Assembly: GCA_021794015.1 (NCBI GenBank)
Contig: JAJYRQ010000004.1
Coordinates: 72,901-104,900 of the forward strand
Reading direction: 5' to 3'
DNA length: 32,000 bases
Origin: Deltaproteobacteria bacterium
GTDB lineage: Bacteria; Desulfobacterota; Binatia; Binatales; Binataceae
Positions 23,913-32,000 of this stretch are shown piece by piece. The notes beneath the pieces are model-generated. The model was given only the letters and a program-made list of their open reading frames with translations. It was not told the origin of the DNA and made no database searches. Position 1 is the stretch's first letter. Each line of letters begins with the position of its first letter. The position numbers and the translations under genes were made by a program.

Positions 23913-26300
23913 ATGCGCCTTCGGCTTGAATTGGCTGTCGTATTGGTCTTTCTGGCGGCCGCCGCGCTGGCGCGCGCCGCGCAGGCGGGCGCCGATCTTT
24001 GGCTCAGCGGAGTTCTCAAGGATGCCTTGGGCAGGCCGATTGCAGGCGCGAAACTGACCGTCCAAAATCGCGCCGGAAGGGTGGTCGCTCGGCTCGTCAG
24101 CGACGCCAAAGGCGAGTTCGCGGTGCGTGGGCTTAAGCCGGGGCGCTACGCAATCGTCGCGCGCCGGCTGGGGTTCAAACCTGCAACCGCGCTGGCGACG
24201 GTTGCACCTTCCGGCGCGCCTGCCCGCGTGGTTCTGTCCCTGGAGTCCGAGCAGGCGCTCCAGGTCCCGGTTCGCGCAAGTCGGCTGGCGCGCGCGCCCA
24301 ACCAGCTCTCCAGCGCCGGCAACAGCGCTTACACCTTTACCAGCCAGGAGATCGAACAGCTTCCCCAGGGCCAGGACACTTCGCTGGAGGGGCTGCTTAC
24401 CCAGATGCCCGGGGTGAGCCAGAGCGTCGACGGGCGGATTCATATTCGCGGCGCGCAGGCCAACTTTCAGTACCAGATCGACGGGATCATACTGCCGTTC
24501 GACTCGAACACCGGCTTCGGCCAGTTTCTAAGTCCGCGCTTTTTCGACCGCGTGAGTCTGCTCACCGGCACGCTGCCCGCCGAGTACGGACTTCGCACCT
24601 CGGGCGTGGTGGACATCAGGAGCAAGCAGGGCTGCAGCCGGGAGGGCGGAAACTTCGAGATGTACGGCGGCCAGCGCGAGACGGCGATGCCCAACTTCGA
24701 GTACGGCGGATGCCGGGGCAACTTCAGCTACTACCTAACCGGCTCGTTCCTGCACGACGACCTGGCCTTCAGCCAGGCCACGCCGGGGCCAAACCCGATT
24801 CACGACCGGACCACCCAGGGCGACCTGTTCGGCTACGCCTCCTACAACCTGAGCCCGGCGGCGCGCCTGACTTTGATCGCCGGCGCCTGGGCGGACGAAT
24901 CGCAATTTCCCGACTGGCCGGGCCAGACGCCGGCCTATCAGCTTGCGGGAGCGAATCCGGCCAACTATCCCTCGCAGGCGATTAACAACACCCTGTTTCA
25001 GCAGGACTACTTTGCAGCGCTGGGCTTTCAGCAGGCGCTTAGCCGGGACCTGAGCTACGACTTGGCCGGCACGGTCCATTACGTAACCCTTTCATTCCGG
25101 CCCGACCCGGCGCCCGACCTTCTGTACCAGGGCGTTTCCTCGCGCGTGTTCCACAGCGACCTTGCGGGGACGCTCCAGGGAGACGTCAGCTACCAGTTGA
25201 ACGAGGCGCACAGTCTACGCGCCGGCTTTTACGCCGGAGCCTATGCCGTCGAGCTAGACGATAGTTCCCTGGTTTTCCCGGTAAACTCGGCCGGCCAGCC
25301 AGGCAACGTTCCGGTGAGCGTGCTCGATGATCTGAACCGGCTCAACTGGCTGTTCAGCGTCTATGCCGAAGACCGCTACCGGTTGACTGACCGGCTGACC
25401 GTTGACTATGGCCTGCGCTGGGACGAGATGGTGTCGTTTGCCGACGCTGGCCAGTTAAGTCCGCGATTCAACCTGCTCTACCAGTTGTCGGCCGCGACGG
25501 CGCTACATGCCGGCTATTCGCGTTTCTTGGCCACGCCCCAGTTCGAGGCGATCACCACCCGCAGCGCCCAGGCGTTTGCCGGTACCACCCAGGCGGTCAC
25601 GGTGCCGACCGATTTCAGCGTATTGGCGGAGCGCGACAACTACTTCGACGCCGGGCTGGTCCATCGGCCGACCCGCTGGCTCACCCTGGAAGAGGACAGC
25701 TACCTGGTGCTGGCGCGCGATGCGCTGGGCGGCGGCCAGTTCGGAGCGGTGCCGATAATCTCGCCTTACAATTACCGTTACGGCCGCACCTGGGGCGCCG
25801 AGACCAGCGCTGCGGCGAGGTTCGGCCGCTTCTGGGCGGACCTGAATTTCAGTTACTCGATCGCCCAGGCGCGCGACCTTATCACCCAGCAATACAACTT
25901 TGCTCCGCTCTCCCAGCTCTCTTACGTTGCCGGCCATTACATCATGCGCAGCCAGGGACAGATTTACACCGTCTCGGGGCAGGTGGGTTATCGCTTCGGC
26001 CGCTATCTTTTGACGGCCGACACGTTTTTCGGCAGCGGTCTTTGGGGCGGCTTTGCCAACACGTTTGAATTCGCCCCGACCTGGCAGGTTGACGTGGCCG
26101 TAGCGCGCAGCTTTGAGCTGCCCGGGGTGGGAGAAGCCACGGCGCGGCTGATGGCGGTCAACGTCTTCGATCGGGTTAATCTGCTCCAGAACGGGACTGG
26201 GCTGGGCGTTTTTGCTCCGGCCTACCTGCCGCGGCGCTCGCTTTACGGAGCGCTGCGCGTGCCGCTGCTGGCCGGTTCCTCTTCCTCCGCAACGCCGTGA
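23913..26300 (+). CDS. TonB-dependent outer-membrane receptor with an N-terminal carboxypeptidase-regulatory-like domain
   Basis: Signal peptide ending ARAAQA. CarboxypepD_reg-like segment: G.L.D..G.PIAGA.LTV.....V...SD..G.F...GL.PG.Y. Plug motifs: LEGLLTQMPGVS, IHIRGA...QYQIDGI. A long beta-barrel with Tyr/Gly-rich strands follows. Confidence 0.85.
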   Translation: MRLRLELAVVLVFLAAAALARAAQAGADLWLSGVLKDALGRPIAGAKLTVQNRAGRVVARLVSDAKGEFAVRGLKPGRYAIVARRLGFKPATALATVAPSGAPARVVLSLESEQALQVPVRASRLARAPNQLSSAGNSAYTFTSQEIEQLPQGQDTSLEGLLTQMPGVSQSVDGRIHIRGAQANFQYQIDGIILPFDSNTGFGQFLSPRFFDRVSLLTGTLPAEYGLRTSGVVDIRSKQGCSREGGNFEMYGGQRETAMPNFEYGGCRGNFSYYLTGSFLHDDLAFSQATPGPNPIHDRTTQGDLFGYASYNLSPAARLTLIAGAWADESQFPDWPGQTPAYQLAGANPANYPSQAINNTLFQQDYFAALGFQQALSRDLSYDLAGTVHYVTLSFRPDPAPDLLYQGVSSRVFHSDLAGTLQGDVSYQLNEAHSLRAGFYAGAYAVELDDSSLVFPVNSAGQPGNVPVSVLDDLNRLNWLFSVYAEDRYRLTDRLTVDYGLRWDEMVSFADAGQLSPRFNLLYQLSAATALHAGYSRFLATPQFEAITTRSAQAFAGTTQAVTVPTDFSVLAERDNYFDAGLVHRPTRWLTLEEDSYLVLARDALGGGQFGAVPIISPYNYRYGRTWGAETSAAARFGRFWADLNFSYSIAQARDLITQQYNFAPLSQLSYVAGHYIMRSQGQIYTVSGQVGYRFGRYLLTADTFFGSGLWGGFANTFEFAPTWQVDVAVARSFELPGVGEATARLMAVNVFDRVNLLQNGTGLGVFAPAYLPRRSLYGALRVPLLAGSSSSATP

Positions 26301-26312
26301 GGCGAACCGGGC

Positions 26313-26333
26313 CGCCGGCCGCTTAGGCCGGCG
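26313..26333. terminator. GC-rich hairpin between convergent genes (possible bidirectional terminator)
   Basis: CGCCGGCC-gctta-GGCCGGCG, a perfect 8-bp stem, lies between the receptor stop (26300) and the minus-strand stop at 26392. No clear U-tract. Confidence 0.35.
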
Positions 26334-26391
26334 TGGACGGCGAGCCGAGCGCAACTGCCAATAGCGCGCGCCTGGCGCAGCAGCGCAGCCG

Positions 26392-27030
26392 TCAGGCGCG
26401 GGGCCGGTTCACAGCGCCAACCACGTAGGGCATGCTGCGCACGGCGTACTGGGCAACCGACGCCAGCGCGAGCGCTGCCGTCGCGCACAGAAGCGCGTTC
26501 CATTGCAGGGGAGGCAAGCCATAGTGCCCGGCCAACACGCCAACTCCGCACACAAAGGCGGCCAAGGTGTAGCCCTTGCCGAGGTAGGTCGGCTTGACCG
26601 GTATCTCCCGCAAAGCGAAAAGACGCGCCGCTCCAAACCCGGCCATCAGCACCAGCTCTCGTGCCACCAGCGCCCCGACAAACCAAGTCGGCAGAAGACG
26701 CGCAAAAACCAGCGCCAGCGCCCCGCTCAAGGCAAAGACCTTGTCGGCCGTCGGGTCCAGCAGCGCCCCGGTCGTGCTGACGCAGCCAAGCCTGCGCGCC
26801 GCCAGGCCGTCGAGCAGGTCCGTCGCCCCTGCCAGACAGAGCACAAAAAGGGCCGGCTCAAGCCTGCCTCGTACGACCAGCAGCACAAAGAGCGGCGCCG
26901 ATAAAAGCCGCGCCAGGCTAAGACAGTTGGGCGCTTGGCGGATAAGCTCCCCGCCGGAACGCACAGCGCAGGCCTGCGAAGCCATCTCGGCCGATCTGTC
27001 GAACCCCTTGCTCATCTCGGCAAAGCGCAC
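26392..27030 (-). CDS. CDP-alcohol phosphatidyltransferase (PgsA-like)
   Basis: DLLDGLAARRLGCVSTTGALLDPTADKV matches DG(x2)AR(x8)G(x3)D(x3)D. Multi-TM. Start uncertain: the ATG at 27030 overlaps the hflX end by 19 nt, with alternatives at 27015 and 26985. Confidence 0.8.
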   Translation of the reverse strand: MRFAEMSKGFDRSAEMASQACAVRSGGELIRQAPNCLSLARLLSAPLFVLLVVRGRLEPALFVLCLAGATDLLDGLAARRLGCVSTTGALLDPTADKVFALSGALALVFARLLPTWFVGALVARELVLMAGFGAARLFALREIPVKPTYLGKGYTLAAFVCGVGVLAGHYGLPPLQWNALLCATAALALASVAQYAVRSMPYVVGAVNRPRA

Positions 27031-28346
27031 GCGGCTGCAGCTTTACGCAGCCGGCCCGCCAGCGGACGGCTGACCACGGCGCTCAGCCGCACCACGCCGT
27101 CGCGGTAGTCCTCTGCAAGCACGCGCCCGTCGCGCCGGGCCATCGCGACCAGGTCGTTGCGCTCGCTGGGAAGCGTCACCCTGACCTCCTCGCGGGGACC
27201 GTCCAATAGCGCGCCGATCGTCTCGACCAGAGCGTCGATCCCGCGGCCGGTCAAGGCTGACACCGCTAAGGCGTCCCCCGCCCACGGAGGCGTGCCTTCG
27301 ACCAGGTCTGCCTTGTTTGCCACAAGCAGGCGCGCAATGTCGGCCGCCCCGATCTCGGCGAGCACGTTTTCCACCACCCGCGCATGCTCCGCAGCCAGGG
27401 GAGAAGCGGCGTCAACCACGTGGAGCAGAAGACCGGCGCCGCGCACTTCCTCCAGGGTGGCCTTGAAGGCGTCGATCAGCGTGTGAGGCAGCCGGTGGAT
27501 AAAGCCAACCGTGTCAACCATGACCGCCCTCACGCCGCCTGGAAGCTTGAGCCTGCGAACCGTCGGATCGAGGGTGGAGAAAGGCCGCGCGGCGGTCTCG
27601 AGACAGGCGCCGGTAACCCGGTTCATCAGGGTGGTCTTGCCCGAGTTGGTGTAGCCGACCAGCGCCACCGTGGGATAGGCCAATTCGGTGCGCCGGCTGC
27701 GCTGCAGCGAGCGCGTACGCTGCACCTCGTCAAGCCTTCGCTTAAGCCGGTCAAGTCGTTGCCGCAGCCGGCGGCGGTCAACCTCGAGCTGCGTTTCGCC
27801 GGGTCCGCGCGTTCCGATTCGGGCGGCCGCGCCTCCTGACACCGCCTGGCGCGATAGGTGTTTCCACTGGCGCACCAGCCGCGGCTGAAGATAGCTGAGT
27901 TGGGCGATCTCGACCTGCAGCTTGCCTTCCAGGGTATGCGCCCGCTGGGCGAAGATATCCATGATGAGCTGGCTTCGGTCGATGACCGGCAGGGCAAGCT
28001 CGCGCTCGACGTTGCGTGCCTGGCCGGGAGTTAGGGCCTGGTCGAAAATAACCAGCGTGGCCGCGTTGGCGCGCGCTTTTTCTCCCACCTCGGCCAGCTT
28101 GCCGCGCCCCACCAGGCCGAAGGGATCGGGCTTTCTCAGACGCTGATAGGTGGCGCCGACCACGCGGGCTCCCGCGCTCTCGGCCAGCGCCCTGAGTTCG
28201 GCAAGCGAGTCCTCGACGCTTATTCCCCCCGGCTCTCCAAGTTCAACCCCGACCAGGAGCGCAAGCTCGGCCTGCCGGCTTAGCTGATCTTTGGTCTCGT
28301 GCAGAGCGGGACCTCGCCGTTTGACTCTCCAAGCTGAACCTAGCAC
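27012..28346 (-). CDS. hflX: Ribosome-associated GTPase HflX
   Basis: HflX N-domain (GKLQVEIAQLSYLQPRL, GPGETQLEVDRR) and G-domain VALVGYTNSGKTTLMN, DTVGF, NKAD. Confidence 0.9.
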   Translation of the reverse strand: MLGSAWRVKRRGPALHETKDQLSRQAELALLVGVELGEPGGISVEDSLAELRALAESAGARVVGATYQRLRKPDPFGLVGRGKLAEVGEKARANAATLVIFDQALTPGQARNVERELALPVIDRSQLIMDIFAQRAHTLEGKLQVEIAQLSYLQPRLVRQWKHLSRQAVSGGAAARIGTRGPGETQLEVDRRRLRQRLDRLKRRLDEVQRTRSLQRSRRTELAYPTVALVGYTNSGKTTLMNRVTGACLETAARPFSTLDPTVRRLKLPGGVRAVMVDTVGFIHRLPHTLIDAFKATLEEVRGAGLLLHVVDAASPLAAEHARVVENVLAEIGAADIARLLVANKADLVEGTPPWAGDALAVSALTGRGIDALVETIGALLDGPREEVRVTLPSERNDLVAMARRDGRVLAEDYRDGVVRLSAVVSRPLAGRLRKAAAACALPR

Positions 28347-28449
28347 AGAAGGCGCTTGTGGTTAAAGCCGCGCGCACCCAACGCCCGCCGTCACCCGGCG
28401 AGCCGAGACAGCGCAGCCGGCATGCGCGCTTGCAGGGGATGCTGCTATC

Positions 28450-29766
28450 GTGGCTGCAGGAAGACCGCGGCGGGCTTTTCTTGGCCGCTGCGGTGCTGCT
28501 CAAGGTTTTCGGACGGCGCCTTTGCTCAAGAAGCTGGCATCAAAAGCTCTGCTCGTTCTGGCCGGCGTGCTGCTGGCCTGGGCTGCCGGCGAGGCGCTAA
28601 TCCGACTGACACCTCTTTATCGGCCGAGCTTTTACACTTACGCCCGCTGGCGCGGCTGGCAGCTTAAGCCGGGCGCGCGCGGCTGGCAGCGGGGTGAGGG
28701 TGAGGCCTTCGTCTCGATAAATCGAGAGGGGTTTCGCGGCCCCGCGCGCAGCGTCCGCAAGCCGCCGGGAACCGTGCGCGTGGCCGTGCTGGGAGATTCC
28801 TACGCGTTGGGAATCGGGGTGGATTACCCGCAGACGTTCAGCGCCGTGATGGAGAGGCGGCTTGCCGGCTGTCCGGCGCTCCTCGGCCGGCGCGTCGAAG
28901 TGTTGGATTTCGGGGTGGACGGCTACGGCACTGCGCAGGAGCTCTTGACCTTCACGCGCCAGGCATCGCGCTACGAGCCCAATGCCGTCGTTTTGACAGT
29001 GACCACGGGTAATGATTTGCGGAACAACTCGGTCATCCTGGAAGGCGACAAGTGCCGGCCGTTCTTCGTGCGGCAAGACGGCCGCCTCGAGCTGGGCGGC
29101 CCGTTCATCGATTCGGCTTGGTTTCGCTTCCAGTGCTTTGCCCGCTTCGAGTCGCGCCATTCGCAGCTCTTGAACCGGCTCGGCGACCTGCGAAGCTTTT
29201 TGCGCGAGCGCTGGCGCGCCGGCCGCCCCAGGCCGAGCCCGAGGCCTGGCGCGGAGCGCGGTCTTAGCGAAGACATCTATAAGCCGCCGCAAAGCGCGGC
29301 TTGGCGCGATGCCTGGAGCGTCACGGAGGACGAGATCACGATGCTTTCACGGCTCGCTAAGAACGACGGTGCGCGCTTTCTGGTCGCCACGCTCAGCAAC
29401 GGCGTCCAGGACCATCCCGACCCCAAGGTTGGCAGCGGCTATGTCGAAGCTCTAGGGCCGGGCGCCGATCTCTTCTACCCCGAGCAAAGAATCACAGCTC
29501 TGGGCCGCCGCAGCGGGTTCCCGGTCCTTGTTCTGGCGCCCAAGATGCGCGCCTATGCCGAAGCTCACCGGGTTTATCTCCACGGTTTCAACAATACCCA
29601 GCCCGGGACCGGACACTGGAACGCCCTCGGGCATCGCGTAGCCGGCCGGCTAATCGCCGACGAACTCTGCCGCCTGCTCGATGCGCGCCGTCAGGGCTCC
29701 GGCTTACCGGCTGGCGAGCCAGCCGGTAAGCCGGCGATCGCGCTGCCTGCCTCGCCGGGCCGCTAA
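28450..29766 (+). CDS. Membrane-anchored or secreted SGNH/GDSL-type hydrolase
   Basis: Block I VRVAVLGDSYALGIGV after a hydrophobic N-terminal helix (ALLVLAGVLLAWAAG). Later GND-like (TTGNDLRNN) and C-terminal HWN..GH elements. Start uncertain (TTG at 28522 is possible). Confidence 0.65.
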   Translation: MAAGRPRRAFLGRCGAAQGFRTAPLLKKLASKALLVLAGVLLAWAAGEALIRLTPLYRPSFYTYARWRGWQLKPGARGWQRGEGEAFVSINREGFRGPARSVRKPPGTVRVAVLGDSYALGIGVDYPQTFSAVMERRLAGCPALLGRRVEVLDFGVDGYGTAQELLTFTRQASRYEPNAVVLTVTTGNDLRNNSVILEGDKCRPFFVRQDGRLELGGPFIDSAWFRFQCFARFESRHSQLLNRLGDLRSFLRERWRAGRPRPSPRPGAERGLSEDIYKPPQSAAWRDAWSVTEDEITMLSRLAKNDGARFLVATLSNGVQDHPDPKVGSGYVEALGPGADLFYPEQRITALGRRSGFPVLVLAPKMRAYAEAHRVYLHGFNNTQPGTGHWNALGHRVAGRLIADELCRLLDARRQGSGLPAGEPAGKPAIALPASPGR

Positions 29767-29940
29767 GCCGGCCCGCCGCAGGATGATAGAGAGGGGGAAC
29801 AACGCGCTGCCGACCCGGACCGCGACCTCCCATTCCGATGGCAATGCGGTCCTGTCTTTCAATGAGTCGCCGCGCCGTTACCCGGCTCGATAGCGCTGCT
29901 GTGCGCTCCCCGTGCCGGCACTGCTACTCCCGCGCTTCGT

Positions 29941-30543
29941 TCACTGCTCCCCCCTGACGCCATCCCGCTGAGAATTCCTTTCCCCTATTTTCTTCAGTCC
30001 TGCGGTGCGGCGACCATCCTTGGGCAGCGCGGCCGCAGCGAAGTGCCAAGCCATCCTGGGCGACGTGCTGAACACACACGTGCCCACCTTCTTCTTGCTC
30101 GGGTCGGTCACAATAAGCTCGAGCAGTGAGTTGGCCGGGTTGACCCGATAGAGTAGACGCGCGAGGGTGCCCCCCTCGTCGATAGTGATGGCCCCTGTAC
30201 CGTCAGGATGCGCGGTATACGTGCCGGAGTAAGGCGTGAAGGGCTGGAAAGTTCCCTGCAAGCTGTTGGCCGCCAGCAGCGCCCCGACATTGCCGCTGCC
30301 GTCAAAGCTCAACTGCCCCGTCACGCTGCCGGCCCCGCCGTCGCTCTTGGACATCATGCGAAAACTGCAGTCACCGATCAGGCTCTCCAAGCCAAAGCGC
30401 GGCGCCGCGGTCGGCGTAGCTTGTGCCCAACTGCGCCGCTGGCTTCTTGGCAGGAGCATCCCCACGCAGACCAGGAGCATGGCGCAGCGTGCGACTTGCG
30501 CAAAGCGAGATGCCTTCGATTGCGTCAGCCGACAACCAGCCAC
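29941..30543 (-). CDS. Hypothetical secreted beta-rich protein
   Basis: Hydrophobic segment CAMLLVCVGMLL followed by ..SWAQA. A Gly/Thr/Ser-rich, beta-strand-like body follows (SVTGQLSFDGSGNVG...YSGTYTAHPDGTGAITIDEGG...LELIVTD). Start ambiguous: TTG 30633, ATG 30612, GTG 30543 or ATG 30480. Confidence 0.45.
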   Translation of the reverse strand: MAGCRLTQSKASRFAQVARCAMLLVCVGMLLPRSQRRSWAQATPTAAPRFGLESLIGDCSFRMMSKSDGGAGSVTGQLSFDGSGNVGALLAANSLQGTFQPFTPYSGTYTAHPDGTGAITIDEGGTLARLLYRVNPANSLLELIVTDPSKKKVGTCVFSTSPRMAWHFAAAALPKDGRRTAGLKKIGERNSQRDGVRGEQ

Positions 30544-30706
30544 CTCAGTTCCAGCGCGTCCTAATTGAGCATCAAGAACACGAATCGCGCCTGTTCCAGC
30601 CGCGGTTCTCATAGACTTAGACCTAACTTCCAAGCCAATCGGCCAAGCGCGTTTCTGATGCTGCTATCATTAAAGAGCCGAGTGAACGTCAGGGCTTGGT
30701 GTATCT

Positions 30707-31234
30707 TTATCTCCGGCCTTCTCCTTGGATCGCGTCCACAAGGTCCGTGGCCGGACCATGGCCCGGCCCACGCGGGCGATTTGCGCCAGACCCAAGGCCG
30801 CCAAGACGCAGCAGGTACGCTTCGTCCTGGCTGGCACCCGAGTAGGAGCCATAGTTTGCGCGAGCGCCTCGAGCGGCCTGTGCCGCGCCGCGCCCGTGCC
30901 CCGGCACGCGGAAACCGTAACCGCCAGGCGATGCGCCCCTGGATGGTTGCGAACCTGACCACAGATAACCCCGATAGTAGGGCACGGACTTAACCCGCCC
31001 TCCAACCCCGGGCGCATAGCCGTCCGGACTGTCCACTGGCGACAAAATCGCCACCCCGCGGGTGGATGGAGCCACGGCTTCTTTCCACCATTGGTATAAC
31101 AATCCAGGCTGCGCTTGGGTAGCCGGGGCGCTTTCCTGCGCGCCCGCCGCCTTCGTCAGTGACAGAAGCGCCGTGAGAGCAACGAAACAGACAACAGCCG
31201 AGGACCAAGGCGTCATGGAAGTGCTGCTTCTCAT
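30707..31234 (-). CDS. Hypothetical secreted Gly/Tyr/Arg/Pro-rich protein
   Basis: Clear signal peptide (SSAVVCFVALTALLSLTKAAGA-QE). The mature part is low complexity (GYAPGVGG, YYRGY, GGYGFRVPGHGRG, GSGANRPRGPGHG). Its ATG overlaps the upstream MFP stop (AAATGAGA). Confidence 0.45.
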   Translation of the reverse strand: MRSSTSMTPWSSAVVCFVALTALLSLTKAAGAQESAPATQAQPGLLYQWWKEAVAPSTRGVAILSPVDSPDGYAPGVGGRVKSVPYYRGYLWSGSQPSRGASPGGYGFRVPGHGRGAAQAARGARANYGSYSGASQDEAYLLRLGGLGSGANRPRGPGHGPATDLVDAIQGEGRR

Positions 31235-32000
31235 TTGTGAGCCAAATTATACTTGATTTTGCTCAGTGTCGTGCCCGAGGCAGGGTTGGCATGGGGCTGC
31301 GAGGTTACACTGGCTGTCAAACGAACCTGCACGGGAGCCTCTTGGCTGAGGTTGGAGAAGTCGCCCACGATCACCCGTTCCGAGCCGTCGAGCGGCTTCC
31401 AGAACACGGTCTCGGCGGCGGCGCCCTCTTCGAGAGGACCGGGCCGGCCAAAGAAGCCGGGGTAAATACCATTCCACGCCTGATTCCCGCCGATGTGGGG
31501 CCCAGGAACCGACACGCGGCGATTGAGCACCTCAGTCCATTTGCTGTCGCTGATGCCTGTCTCGATCTCGACCCGCACCGCCTTGCCATTCTGGTAGAAC
31601 CAGCAGTAGTCCTTGCCTCCGACGTGAACGATAGCATCTTCAGGAACTACCATAGCGTTAGGACGTTCAATGACCACGGTACCGTAGGCGTACATCCCGG
31701 GCAGGATTTGAGTGCTGGTGTGCGGGTCTCCCACGGAAACCATTTGGTGGGAGCCGAGGTCCCGGTATTGCTTCGGGATGTTCGTATTGTCCAGGTCGAT
31801 TTCGGCACGCAGCGTACGGCTGGTGTCGTTGAGGGCCCAGGAGGTACGCGTCACGGCAGCCGTAATCGGTTGGTCGCGGAAAGCCTTGACGAGCACGCTC
31901 GCCTTGCTTCCTCGCTTTACGTAAGCGGCGTCCGCTTCGGGAATGTCAACAAAGACGCGGACCACGTCGGTTCGAACGACGACGTAAACCGGCGCAGCAG
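31231..32000 (-). CDS. Efflux transporter periplasmic adaptor (membrane fusion protein, HlyD/RND-MFP family), 3' part; gene continues beyond the window
   Basis: The frame is open to the window edge (..VYVVVRTDVVRVFVDIPEADAAYVKRGSKASVLVKAF). Typical MFP beta-barrel and membrane-proximal segments are present (LPGMYAYGTVVIERPNAMVVPEDAIV, GKAVRVEIETGISD..WTEVL, ERVIVGD). Confidence 0.7.
   Translation of the reverse strand, partial: AAPVYVVVRTDVVRVFVDIPEADAAYVKRGSKASVLVKAFRDQPITAAVTRTSWALNDTSRTLRAEIDLDNTNIPKQYRDLGSHQMVSVGDPHTSTQILPGMYAYGTVVIERPNAMVVPEDAIVHVGGKDYCWFYQNGKAVRVEIETGISDSKWTEVLNRRVSVPGPHIGGNQAWNGIYPGFFGRPGPLEEGAAAETVFWKPLDGSERVIVGDFSNLSQEAPVQVRLTASVTSQPHANPASGTTLSKIKYNLAHK

Noticed and set aside
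27012-27030. A 19-nt overlap between the hflX 3' end and the CDP-alcohol phosphatidyltransferase start, considered as evidence of functional coupling.
   Set aside because: In-frame ATGs at 27015 and 26985 could equally be the true start. The overlap may simply reflect choosing the longest ORF.
119-29292. Many long antisense or alternate-frame ORFs in the six-frame track, e.g. 119..826, 1358..2194, 2642..3544, 5294..6019, 6650..7324, 8333..9049, 9452..10306, 15669..16850, 21455..22609, 25503..26354 and 28597..29292.
   Set aside because: Each lies opposite or out of frame to a gene with strong, recognisable family motifs. Their translations are Arg/Ala/Gly/Pro-rich with no motifs, as expected for shadow ORFs in GC-rich DNA.
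19045-31980. tRNA-like GGTTCGAA/GGTTCAAA strings, e.g. near 19050, 24170 and 31968.
   Set aside because: All lie inside well-supported protein-coding genes and lack flanking acceptor or anticodon stem complementarity.
1-32000. CRISPR arrays, transposases, integrases, phage genes, toxin-antitoxin pairs or known defence systems.
   Set aside because: No spaced direct-repeat arrays, terminal inverted repeats or recognisable mobile-element or defence protein motifs appeared in any frame. The window looks like core chromosome plus one catabolic module.

Overview
GC-rich, gene-dense bacterial chromosomal segment, about two-thirds G+C by eye. TonB-dependent receptor, lipobox lipoprotein and RND/MFP adaptor genes indicate a diderm, and the ISC genes look proteobacteria-like. 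I saw no rRNA, tRNA, CRISPR array, transposase or integrase. Order of content: (1) a minus-strand ISC Fe-S operon, iscS-(small ORF)-iscU-iscA-hscB-hscA-iscX, with no iscR or fdx, followed by an unknown gene. (2) A lipoprotein built from two tandem DUF799-like domains. (3) A MenA-type prenyltransferase. (4) The most interesting block, about 9.4-19.8 kb: a XylR/DmpR-type sigma-54 activator transcribed divergently from a minus-strand cluster that has a near-consensus -24/-12 promoter. The cluster encodes a split PEP-synthase-like kinase (PpsA/PpsB-like), one UbiD-family (de)carboxylase, an aryl-acid CoA ligase, an LpdD-like prFMN chaperone, UbiX and a translationally coupled metallophosphatase. 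It reads as a compact, non-canonical variant of the anaerobic phenol-type route (phosphorylate, carboxylate, CoA-thioesterify). (5) A three-gene succinate dehydrogenase/fumarate reductase operon with an actinobacterial Sdh1-like anchor. (6) A TonB-dependent receptor, a CDP-alcohol phosphatidyltransferase, hflX and an SGNH hydrolase. (7) Two secreted hypothetical proteins and the 3' part of an efflux adaptor (MFP) gene that runs off the window. All calls rest on reading the translated ORFs for motifs and remembered family signatures; no database search was run.
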